From: Lama glama
Taxonomy: Eukaryota
NCBI GenBank assembly: GCA_028534125.1
Contig: CM052829.1
Coordinates: 1,364,001 to 1,428,000, forward strand
Direction of reading: 5' to 3'
DNA length: 64,000 bases
In this document: in pieces, positions 50,105 through 60,620 of the stretch
How the letters are laid out: each line of letters starts with the position of its first letter
Position numbering within the stretch: the stretch's first letter is position 1
Program-made: the position numbers and the translations under genes
The notes under the pieces: generated by a model
What the model saw: the letters and a program-made list of their open reading frames with translations, nothing else
What the model was told of the DNA's origin: nothing
Database searches by the model: none

Positions 50105-50800
50105 GGATGGTGGGATTTACTGTAAAAAGTATGTATTTGGCCTTCTTCCAGTTCCGGGCACCGACTCCTGAAACTGGGAATTTCCGAGGTGACAAACCAG
50201 AAAGCTGTCTTGTCGTGTGGCTGAGATGACTTTTGGAAGCTTCTCCAGATGTGGGCTGGTGGCCAGGAGGACCAGCCACGTGATTAGAGGGTTGGAACCT
50301 TCAGTCCCACCTCCCTGACCCCCAGGGAGGGGAGAGGGGCTGGAGACCGAGCTCAGTTACCAATGGCCAAGGATGTATCAGTCGTGCCTGTGCAGTGAAC
50401 CCTCCTTAAAGCCCCGAAGGGTGGGGCTTGGAGAGCTTCCGGGTTGGTGAAGCCGGGGAAGTGGTGGGGGGGGCGCGCCTGGGGAGCACGGAAGCTCTGC
50501 ACCGTTCCCCACGCCTTGCCCTTCCATCTGGCTGTTCCTGAGTTATATCCTTTCTTAATAAACCAGTAATCTAGTGAGTTTCCTAGGTTAACTGGTCGAA
50601 CCAGCTTAACTGGTTTCCTGAGAACTGGGAGCTACTCAAGCAAATTAATAGAGCTTGTAAAGGGGTCCTGGGCACCTTGGATCTACAGTCGCTCACAGAT
50701 GACCGGACTTGCAATTGGTGTCATCTCCAGTAGATGGCGCCAGACTGAGCCGCTCGGCAGGCCCCAGCTGGTGCTGGGCATCACCCCGAGGGGGGCCCTC
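50105..50800 (+). mobile_element. MER21-family LTR
   Basis: 'gtgattagagggttggaaccttcagtccc', 'ggagagcttccgggttggtgaa', 'catctggctgttcctgagttatatcc..aataaaccagtaa', 'agcaaattaat'. Confidence 0.8.
50724..50742 (+). promoter_or_regulatory. CTCF motif (forward) inside the MER21 LTR
   Basis: TCTCCAGTAGATGGCGCCA matches the CTCF core. Confidence 0.6.
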
Positions 50801-50899
50801 CCCCGAGCTCGGTGCAGCTCCTGCCTGCGGACCTGCGATGTTCTCGCTGCAGACGCTGCGTTTTTCATGCCTCGTATTCCCACTTGGTCCCTTTTATGG

Positions 50900-52090
50900 T
50901 TTCTTGGCTTTATTTCATACTGATAAGTCTTCTTTATTTGCTTACATGGTGTTTACCATAATTATTTTAAATTCTTGGTCAGTTCATTTTAATCCTTCTG
51001 ATTCAGATTATAATCTTGTCTATTTCAAGGAAATGACCGGCGCATACCTCTGTGGGAATTTTAAAAGGCAACACCCTGCCTTAGTAAACCTTGTTATGTT
51101 AGTGTATTATTTCTTTCTCAACAACTGTAATACATAAAGGCAGTCTATGTAACATGTACAAATTCAATTAGGAAATAAAGAAAATTTTAATTTTTAATCA
51201 AATAATTAGAGGCTCTATGTCACCAGGATATAATATTGTTATAAAAACATGTCTTGCTCTGGCTGAGAAAATGTTAAAAATGCATTTCACTACTTACCTG
51301 CTTCAAAATTGCATTTTACAACAGGTCACTTGATTTGACGGTGTTTTTGATGACACTGGGGACCACAAGAAGTTTTAAGTAAATTTTGAGAAGCCACACT
51401 TTCCACTAGCAAATGAAATTGGCATCGTTGTGTGCGTCCTGAGAGATTCGAAATTATTTAGAAAAAAATCCAATAAATGGCTGCTGCGAAAGTGTCAGAG
51501 CGCACTAACGGGCATTATCCGATTTTACAAAAAGCCTGAAGTCTCTAGATTCTCAAACACCGGTTCCCCATCATCTCCTTCTTGCCATGTTCAACATAGC
51601 TTCAGTGTAAACACGTTTTACGTGCTGGCAGAATGTCTTAATGCATCTAATTTTCGGATTTCATAAGGCATCTGGAAAACTGTAAAGGCCATAAAGCGAT
51701 TTCCGTGTCTCAGAACTTTATTTCAAAATCGTCGTCTCCAGCATAGAAAATACTGATATTAAGATTTTCTTCTGTGTCAAAGATGGGCTGGATGTAGGCT
51801 GTCCTGTTAGACAAGTGTTCTTTACTCTTTTCCTGTTCTTTTCTTTGTTGGCAAACCTGGCATCAAATGTCAAGAAACTCTGTCATTTTTACTTTAACAG
51901 TAACAATATTCATTCTGTAAACATGATTGCTTTATTTTTACTGAAATGGTTTTTAAACTTTCAATGATTTTTCAGGGCACCGTGTGCATTAAAGTTTGAT
52001 TCCTGCATAATTTTACTATAACGTTAATTTTACTTAAAATAGTTTGTCAGATGGGCACAAAACAAATTGAAGGGAGTTAAAAGGCCTGGT
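50900..52090 (-). mobile_element. Decayed hAT (Tip100-like, Zaphod/Arthur-type) transposase fossil
   Basis: AT-rich island. The minus-strand translation contains 'LRTHTTMPISFASGKCGFSKF*NFLWS', resembling the hAT dimerisation motif (TLPVSVASxERSFSKLK..LRS), and has many stops. Confidence 0.65.
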
Positions 52091-53427
52091 TCTGACTTGC
52101 ACTGTGGAATCTCTATTTTCACTAATACCAGTGATTTCCAAAGGAACACCGTGCACCGCCTCTGATGATGTCTCGGCTAGCACACGGGCGTCTCAAAGCA
52201 GCACGTGCTGAAGCCAGCCCAGCCCCACGCCCTCAGCCGCCTTCCTCCCCACGTTCACCGGGTCCTGGGGTCCGGAAACAGCGGCCTAGGTTCCCTCGTT
52301 CTCACTCCTGCACCGTTAGCAGGTCCTGCTAACTCTGGCCTTTCCTGGCTTGGCTTCCCGTCTGCCGGAGGCTCCGAGGTTCTCTGAGCCGAGTCGGCCA
52401 GCGCTGTGCACTGATGAACTGAGGCAGCCAATTCACTTACAGACCGGGAGGGGGCGGGATTCCGTTTTCTACAAATCCGAGTAGGTTCTACCAGTGACGC
52501 CCATCACAGCAGACCTGCCGCTTCTCTCCTCGCCCTGTGACAGTCAGTCCTGCCCGTCTTCCCCCGGAGGGCGTGAGCTCCGCTAGGCGGGGAGTCATGC
52601 CAGGTACCCACACACGTGTCCATCTGGATGCCGTCCTTAAGTGGAAGTGTTCCTAACGTTTGAACTGCAGTGACTTAGCGTCTCTGTCCAGGCCCTCCCC
52701 CCCGCAAAGCCAGGTTCCCAGGGGTGCGTTTCTGTGATCGTCTCAGCGCTGGACAGGAGGTCAGAGCTGGGTTCCGTCTGGTCTGCCGTCTGAGTTCAGT
52801 GAAACCTCGGACACGGGTCCCAACATGATGTTATTCTCTGTTTGACAAGGAGACGGTGAAACGGGTCTCTCCAGCCTTTGTCGCCCCCACACGGGGGATG
52901 CCGAAAGCGTGGCTTCCCCTCCCGCGTGCTGTACTTAAATTTCACTTTGCAGTCTTTCCACTTGAAGGCCAGCACTCGCTGGTATCTGATGACGCTGATA
53001 ACAGTCCTGTGTCTGGGCTGAAAGCTCCTCGAGGCCCCTGGTGGCGCCGGGCCGAGAGGCAGTCACTCCCCAGGTCACAGGCAGGGCGGCCAGGCCAGCC
53101 TCAGGCCCAGGGGCCAGCGGACTCCAGAACCCCCTCACGGCTCCACGCCAGGCTCAGGGGCTCAGAAGCCAGATGTGTTCCCGGAAATGTCGCCTGCGAT
53201 CCAGGAGAAAGCAGGGTGCCAGGTCCTGGTGAGTGTTGCCAACTCCTACTTTATGCCTAAAAATGGAGCCTATGTGGAATCACCTGGGAGGTGGTTCCTA
53301 TTTCACCCCCCTCTTCGCGGCCCTGCCTGATCTCCGACCTTTGCCCTGGGGGGCAGCCACTTGCCAAGAGAAGCACAGAACTGGAGGAGGAGGGGTGGGG
53401 CTGCTTTAGGTGCACGTGAGGGGCTCA

Positions 53428-53835
53428 CCTGTGCTGCCCCCGGAAAAGCTGTTTACACCTAGACCTGCAGCACCTCAGGAGGTACCCTGTTTGGAAACAG
53501 GGTGGTGGCAGACATAATTAAAGATGAGGTCAAACTGGAAGGGGGTGGCCCTAATCCAATGTGACTGGTGTCCCTACAAGAAACAGAGAAACACAGGGAC
53601 AGACACACAGCCTGGTCTCTGTTTCCATTGTCACATGACCTTCTGCTCCCTGTCTGTCTGTTTGTCCGTCCTCTTCTTATGAGGACACGGTCACATGGGG
53701 TCACGGCCCACCCTCCCCTGGCATGACCATATCTTAATGGGTTACACCTGCAAAGACTATTCCACGTAAGGCCACGTTCCCTGGTTCCAAGGGTTAGGAC
53801 ATCAGCATGTCTTTTTGGGCACAGTTCAAACCACC
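53428..53835. mobile_element. Two MLT1B/C-like LTR halves in opposite orientation
   Basis: 53428-53605 reads 'tttggaaacaggg..aagatgaggtca..gccctaatccaatgtgactggtgtcc'. 53612-53835 reads 'cttcttatgaggacac..ttacacctgcaaagac..gggttaggac..cacagttcaaacca'. Confidence 0.7.
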
Positions 53836-54319
53836 GGCATCCTTAGTGATCCCCACCCAAGGCTCCAGGTGTCCCCGCCCAGACGCTGGGGCAAACGCTG
53901 CCCCACCCCTGTCTCGTGCCCGCAGGACCCCTGCCCCTGCCACCTCTGTACCCCCTGTGCTTTCCAGAGCACCCATGTCTTGCTGGAGTGTTCCCTCCCC
54001 AGGAAATGCTTCAGAGCCTGACCTGTGGTTCCTCCAAACCCCACACACAGATGCAAAACCTTCTGAGAGACTGGCCTACCTGCTGAGGCTCCTCACCGTG
54101 ATGGGGGAAGGCTCCGACTCTGAGAGGCAGCCAGGAGGGCACTGCGAGGGTCAAGTCCTTGCGCCAAACTCAGAGCCCAGGATCTAGAAGCTCGACCCAG
54201 ACAGGCGCTTCCCTCAGGAGCGCAGCATGCTGTCATTGCTACACCTAACGAGGGCTTTAAGGGTGAAAAGAGAGTTTGCGTCTCTTTCATAGCAAGTCTT
54301 CTACATGGGATGCATGTTT

Positions 54320-54405
54320 TATGCTGACAGTTTATTTCACTTTGGACCAGCCCCATTTCAAGCAGTCAACGGCCACATGTGGCTGGTAGGTGTCCCACTG
54401 TACAA
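54320..54405. mobile_element. MER3/MER33-like hAT MITE fragment
   Basis: 'ggaccagccccatttcaagcagtcaacggccacatgtggctggtag'. Confidence 0.6.
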
Positions 54406-55599
54406 AAGAAATTTACAAAATAGCCCCAAAGATGATCCAAAGCAGCCCGCTGAGCGGGGTGGGGATCCTACAATATGGCCACAGAATCTCTGCCACTCCT
54501 CCCTTCCACCGGATGGGAGCTAGGCGCAACAACTTGCTTCTGGCAAGTAGATGAGGGGGGACATCTCAGTTGACACATGCTGTGAAGAAAACTGAAGCTG
54601 GGAATTGGTGGGGATAAGGAGATGCAGGCATTTGTAAAATGATGGTCAGAGGCGGCCTCAGGGAGAAATATCTCTGGGATGCTCTGGCACCTGGGAGGGG
54701 GTGGCAGGTGGGTCTAGGATGAAGCCCGCCTCTGCCCCTTCTCTGCCCGCAGCTGTCCCAGGCCCCTGCACTGGCCGAGCAGTGGTTTGGAACATCCTTC
54801 CCTCACTCCTAAAGGTTTCTCTGCAAAGTTACCATGTCAGCGATGTTCCCTGGTCGCCGGCACAGGTTAGGGCCTGGTAGATCGGGTCAGCCAGTGAAGT
54901 TCGGGTTCAGGACTGCTCACTCCCAGCCCCTGTCTTCCCAAGCACATCCCAGCCCTTCCTCGGGGTTGCATCAGCTTCATGTCCCCCGGCAGCTTAACCC
55001 GCGCACATCCAGCTCCTAACACGCTGGGCTCGCCCCACACCCGCCTCGCGTCCAGCTGGTGAGTTCTGGGTCCTCCCGCAGGACACCAGGTCCCTGGGCG
55101 CACCTCCCTGCTGCCATGCACTGCGCTCTGCACGGCGCCTCCCCGGCCAGCGGGTGCGCGCGTGGCTGGCTGGGGACGTTTCCAGTCTGGTGCCCAGGCC
55201 GTCAGGTCAGCGGGGGAAACACCTGAGCCCCCACGAGCTTCCGTCTCCTGGCGACGTGCGCTCACGCTTCGGATATGGACGCCACCAGGGCCCCTGGGCC
55301 CCTGCGACCCCGGGAAAGTGCGACCCAGGAACCCTGCGATCCCGTGATCCTGCAACCCTGGGAAGGGGCAACTGGGACTGTGCAATCCCAGGGCTGGGCA
55401 ACCTCCGGGAGGTGCGACCCAGGACGCCCAGTCCCTCCGGCGGGTCCAGAGAGGAGGTTTGGTCTCCGAGGCGGGCAGGGGCGGGGGAGGGGCGGGGCGG
55501 GGCGGGGGAGGGGCGGGGCGTCAGAGAGGAGGTGGGAGAAGGCGGGGGCGGAGCGGGGCGGGGGTACGCGGGGAGGGGCGGGGGCGCCGGCCAATCCCG

Positions 55600-56000
55600 A
55601 GCCCGGGCACCTCCCCCTTGGGATCGCCCGCAACCGCCGCCCCCGCGGGCTCCACACTGACCGCAACAGACCTGCGGCCACATTCACGCCGCGGACCCGG
55701 GACCCCGACCTGGACCCTCTCCCCGACCGTCACCCCGACCCAGATCCGGACCCTGACCCCGACCCGGAGCCGGAGTCGGACCCGGATCCGAACCCGGACC
55801 CGGACCCTGACCCGGACCCGGACCCTCGCCCCGACCCTCACCCCGACCCAGATCTGGACGCGGACCCCGACCTGGAGCCAGACCCGGATCCCGACCCGGA
55901 CCCGAACCCAAACCCTGACCCCGACCCGGACCCTGACCCCCACCCAGACCCCGACCCGGAACCGTGAGCCTTGTGTGGACCCCGACTTCAACCCCCGCAG
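55600..56000 (+). other. Probable non-coding first exon of an unidentified + strand gene (TSS approximate)
   Basis: Directly downstream of the CCAAT/GC boxes, contains no ATG, donor CAG|gtgagc at 56000/56001 (weaker ACC|gtgagc at 55963/55964). No convincing coding exon in 56-64 kb. Confidence 0.6.
55692..55986. repeat. Degenerate hexamer tandem repeat (GACCCG/GACCCC/GACCCT)n, about 45 units
   Basis: Direct inspection. Reads (Asp-Pro)n in one frame. Confidence 0.95.
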
Positions 56001-59000
56001 GTGAGCATCAGTCTCCGCGGGCGGGCGCGCCCCCGGCTGGGGGTCCTGGGGGGTCGTGGGCACCTCTCCGCCGTCACCTTCCGTGGATTACGCCGCTAGG
56101 TCCCAGACCTGGCCCCAGTTCGCGGTCGTCCCTCCGCGGCTTCTTAGAGATGGGGTCGGGCTCGGGCTCGGGCTCGGGCTCCGCGCCAAGCGGTGGGCCA
56201 GCGCTCCTAGAGGGAGTCCCCGGCCCCTCCCAGCCCTCCGCTCCTTCCTCCTCTTCTCTCGGCCCTCCCCCAACCCCCAGTCCCTCCCCCGCCCCTGCGG
56301 TGGCTCCGGCGCCCCCGACTCAACTCGCCCAGGCGCTGGGACGCCCTGACTCCCCGCCTCCTTTATTCCTTCCCTGCTCACTCTGCATCCAGGTGTGGCC
56401 TACAGGGTGGTTCTCTGAGCTTGTTTTGAGAGGGCTAGACTCCACAGGTTGCCTGAGGCAGACCTGGAGGAGGGGCTTCTAAGGTTCTGGAAGAGTCTCC
56501 TGTTTCCAGCACCTGTGGCTGGTTGTCATCAAAAGCCCTGAGAGGCAGACACCCAGGGTGGGGGGGCATGCCCAGCTGCTGGGCGGCGGACCCACAGGAG
56601 GACTGGAACCCCCCAGGTCCAGGTAGGCAGGTTCTGGTTGTTTGGGGTGACCTGTGTGGGGGGTCTTGGGGAGTGGCGTAGACTTAAGGTGACAAAGTGA
56701 CATTAACTGTTACTCTCCAAGGGGAGGACCTTCCCTTTGCTCAGCAAGGCTGCCCAAAGCCCCTCTTTTTTCCTTCCCAGAAAGGAAGGCTGGAGGGGAG
56801 AGTGGCTGGGGAGCTAGGAGCGCCTGGGGTGGGGCTGAGGCCAGCTGGTGGGCAGCGTGGTTTGGGTCACTAGGTGCGTGCGTGTCCGCCTTCCCTCGCA
56901 GAGTGCGTGGGCTTTTCTAGGAAGCTGTCAGCAGGGAGCCGGGCCTGTCCAGCGGGAAGGGGCTGCTGGCTGCTTGGCCCTGGACCCCGTCCCCCTTTTC
57001 TGTGGGATCTAAAGGTGATTAGAAACAAAAAGGGCAGTGTGTCCCACACCCACCCACCCAGTTCCAGCAAAGGGGGGCAGGGAGGGGGCCGGGGGGAAGC
57101 AGCTGCCTCGTGCTCCCCGAAGAGGTGAACAGACGGAAGGAAGCCGGTGGGAAGGCCCGGCCCGGCCCTGTGATGACGCTTCACCCCAGGGCAGGCGTGT
57201 GCCGGGCCACTGCTGGTTTGACAAGAGGAGGCTCTGTAAGTCGCCCCCCACTTAACACGGGTGTGTCCACTTGGTTCCTTTTGGACTTCTAGGGATTTTC
57301 TGGTGACCAGGAAAGTGGTGACACGGGGGCACAGAGGCCCCAGCCACCTCCTGGCCTGGGTATGGTTAAGCAGAGTGGAGGCCCAGCTGGGCGTTTTCAC
57401 AGGCTCCCTTCCTGGCCTCTGGGCACAGGCTGGGTGGCCGGCAGGCATGTGTGAGGCCCACGGCCTCGGGTGGGAGGGCTTTGTGGACACCAGAGTGAAG
57501 AGAGCTTTTCCAGAGAGCAGCCGTCAGCAGAGGCTGCATCCTTCCCATGAACAAGAGATGTGAGCTTGAACCTCAGGAAATCCTCAGCACCCCCAAGGGC
57601 CTCAGTGTGGTTTTCAGCGGGACCTGGCCAGGATGGGTGGCTTGCCAGCCACGTTAGGGTACAGGGCCTGCTCCCCCGTCACCTCACCCAGCCCCAGGCT
57701 AACTGGGACTGGTCTGGCCCAGGTGGGCTGTTGGGAGCCACCTCTGTGTGCTCCTGCCCTCCCCCCACGGGCCTGCAGGGGCCTGCATCTCATTTCTTCT
57801 AGAGGCAAGGGCCCCAAGCAGTCACAGTGACTTCTCAGGTGCCTTAAGCAGCCCGCTTTGGCTGCGCCGTTCTGCTCTCACGAAGGGCAGGCCGAACGCC
57901 ATGGGGATGAGGTGCGGGAGAGGGGTCCACGCCTGCGGCCCCCACGTCTCGTCTCCGTACCTGATCCCCGCCTGGAGGGCCGATGTGCCGGCTCAGAGGC
58001 ACGGCTGGGGCTCGCAGGCCGGCGGGGCTGAGGTCTGACGCCGCACGGTGACCTCTGCTCCAGGCGGGCACAGCGGCTTCTTTCTTCCTGTCCTGTTTGT
58101 TTCGAGGTCTCGGTCTTTTTCGGAAGCTGGGTTCAAAAACTGCAAGAACTCACCCACCTGGATTCGTTTGCTTCCTTAGAGTCTGAAATATCCTCCCCGT
58201 GCAGACTGGGTCCTCTGGACCTGAAGGGGACTGTGCTTTGTTTCAAAATGACTGGATTTTGAGGAGCCAGCCAGTCAGTCCTCTACTCTCACAGGCAGGG
58301 CTGTGGGCCCAGAGCTTTCCCAGATGACACCTGTTGTCCCAGGGCAGCTGTCACTCACAATCACATGGTGCTCGCTCTCCTCCCACCCGGTAGAATGCAC
58401 AGTGGCAGCAAGGTGGGAACACCTGGCTCCGGGAGCCTTGCCTCTCCCACCCCGCCCTGGCCACCCCCACCCCGCAGTCCGCGCCACCAGCGCCACTGCT
58501 GGAAGCCCTGGCCGGGGGCTGGCGGAGCTGCCGGCTGTCATGAACGTCGCTCTGCAAGGCAGCTCAGTGAGCAGTGAGAGTGACCGCAGCAGTCCCAACA
58601 CAGACATGTGAACGATGGTGGCGTTAGTGGGCTGGGCACTGGGCACCATGTAAGCGCTCCAGGGACATCAGCCCTTTAGTCCCGACCCAACCCCATAAGG
58701 TGACCCTGGGCTCACTGCCCTGCTGGTGGAGCATGATGAGGACCCGGCACCTCAGCCTCCCTCCTCTAGGAGCCCTTGGAGGGACACCCAGTGACAACCA
58801 CCAGCTGCCCCCTGGATGGCCTGGGTGGGGTCTGGTTCCCAATGCACCCCCCACACTCACGGGCATGACCGAGATGCTGACGTTAAGCTGCCATCCTCAC
58901 CCATCGCCGAGGAGGCTGTCATTCTGGTTACTTCACTCGATAATGTAATGGGGTAGGAGGGGTCAGAGGTTTACAGGGTGCCCGTGGCACCCAGGGCCCC

Positions 59001-60288
59001 ACATCCTGCCGTAGGGACACAGAGAGCGTGACGCTGACAGTACCCACAGGGGGCGTGCCAGAGAGCGGCTCGGAGTCTGCTGGGCCTTGGGACTGCGGCT
59101 TGTCCCGGTCGGTGCCTGCTGCGCATGCCTCGGTGACCGGGGACCCTGCCCTTGGCAGTCTCCTCCTCCCTCCTGTGGGCCTGAGCATGTGGCCACTGCC
59201 AAGGCCTCCTGTCCAGCGCCTCCGTCCCGCATCCCAGCCCCACGCAGCTTGAGTGAAGAGTCTGGGGCTGGGGTGGGTGGGGGGTGAAGGGCACAGCTGG
59301 TCTGAAAGTCAGGCCTCTCTCAGAGGGGTCTTCACGGGATGCGTGCTGCCGGAACGTGGACACTGCGTGGACACTGCCCCTGCGCTGGTAAAGGAGGCCA
59401 CAGGCGGCCTGATGTAGCGGCTTGTTCTCGGCTCTGAAAAGTGACTTGGCACGTGGGTCTCACACGTGTCCACTGAGCAGCTGGTCCCGGGGCAGAGAGC
59501 CAGCCAGGCACAGGCCTGTCCCAGGAAGCGTGAGTCACAGCGCCACCAGAGTGGCCAGCAGACACGGAGGTCACAATGGTCTGACACAATCAAGTGCCCC
59601 AGTGCCCCAGAGAGATGCGAGTCCAGGCCAGGGTGACCGGCTGCTGGAGGCCAGTGTACGGAGGGAAAGGCCTGAGGCAGAGGGGACAGTACTCTGGGAG
59701 GCACGGAGATGGGGCCTGGAGGTGGGGGGACCCCAAGGTGGGGAGCCCGTGGTAGGGGGGCATGGTGGGAAGGCCACGTAGAATCCCAGACAAGGAGAAG
59801 GCTGGGGGTGAGGGGGGCAGGGTGGAGGCAGGGCCAGCTTTCTGTAGCCCACACCACGGTCAGGGTCAGAGGACCCGGAGGGGCGGTGGGAGCCTCTAGA
59901 GATTTTGCCCTGGGAGGTCGCACCTCATCTTGCTCTGTAGACATCCGGGACTGCTGTGAGGAGTGGGAAGGAAGGCGAGAGGTGTCGGGGAACAGGCTGC
60001 TTCATGGCGCAAGCTGGAGACGTGGCTGCACCGACCAGGCTGGTGGGAGTTCAGGTCAGAGAGGGCTTGGCTGGGGAGAGGGGAGTCGAAGGCTTTGGGA
60101 ACAGGGGAGGCCTTCTGAAAAGTGGACAGTGCTGGCGGGAGGAGGAGGGAGAGGCCGGCGAGTGGCCGCAGAGCAGACAGGAGGCCACGCAGGTCCCCCC
60201 ACCTGTGTTCCCCTGGGCGTCACCAGGGGCAGGAGTGTGTGTTTACATAAGTGGAGTGGGTGTGCAATCCAGGGAGGGGGCGGGCGGT

Positions 60289-60620
60289 TAGCTGAGGTTC
60301 TCCAGAGAAACAACAGACAGGAGAGACAGGGACAAGGAGACAGAGCAGAGGTTAGGGAGTTGGCTCACGTGACTGTGGGGCTGGCAGGCCCGGAGACCCA
60401 GGAAGAGCTGATGCCGCAGCTCAAGCTGAAAGGCATCTGGAGAAGAGTCTCCTCCGCCTCCTCCAGGGACCTCAGACTTGTCTCTTAGTCCGTCAACTGC
60501 TTCGATACAGCCCACCCACATCATGGCAGGGGCCACTTAATTTAAATACTAGTCTCGTCCAAAAATACCCTCATGGCAGCATCCATTGCTGGGCTCATGG
60601 CCCAGGCACATGGACACCAC
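60289..60620. mobile_element. MLT2-type (ERVL) LTR
   Basis: 'ggttctccagagaaacaac', 'gagttggctcacgtgactgtggggctggcagg', 'tcaactg..cagcccacccacatcatgg', 'ccaaaaataccctca'. Confidence 0.75.

Larger units (their letters stand above)
55050..56350 (+). promoter_or_regulatory. CpG-island promoter (clustered Sp1 GC boxes, CCAAT box, G4-prone tract)
   Basis: Many GGGGCGGGG boxes at 55475-55586, 'ggccaatc' (CCAAT 55591-55595), followed by an exon ending in a consensus donor. Confidence 0.85.

Noticed and set aside
55692-55986. CRISPR-like array or bacterial surface-protein repeat
   Set aside because: Simple hexamer degeneracy without spacers, in a mammalian CpG-island context.
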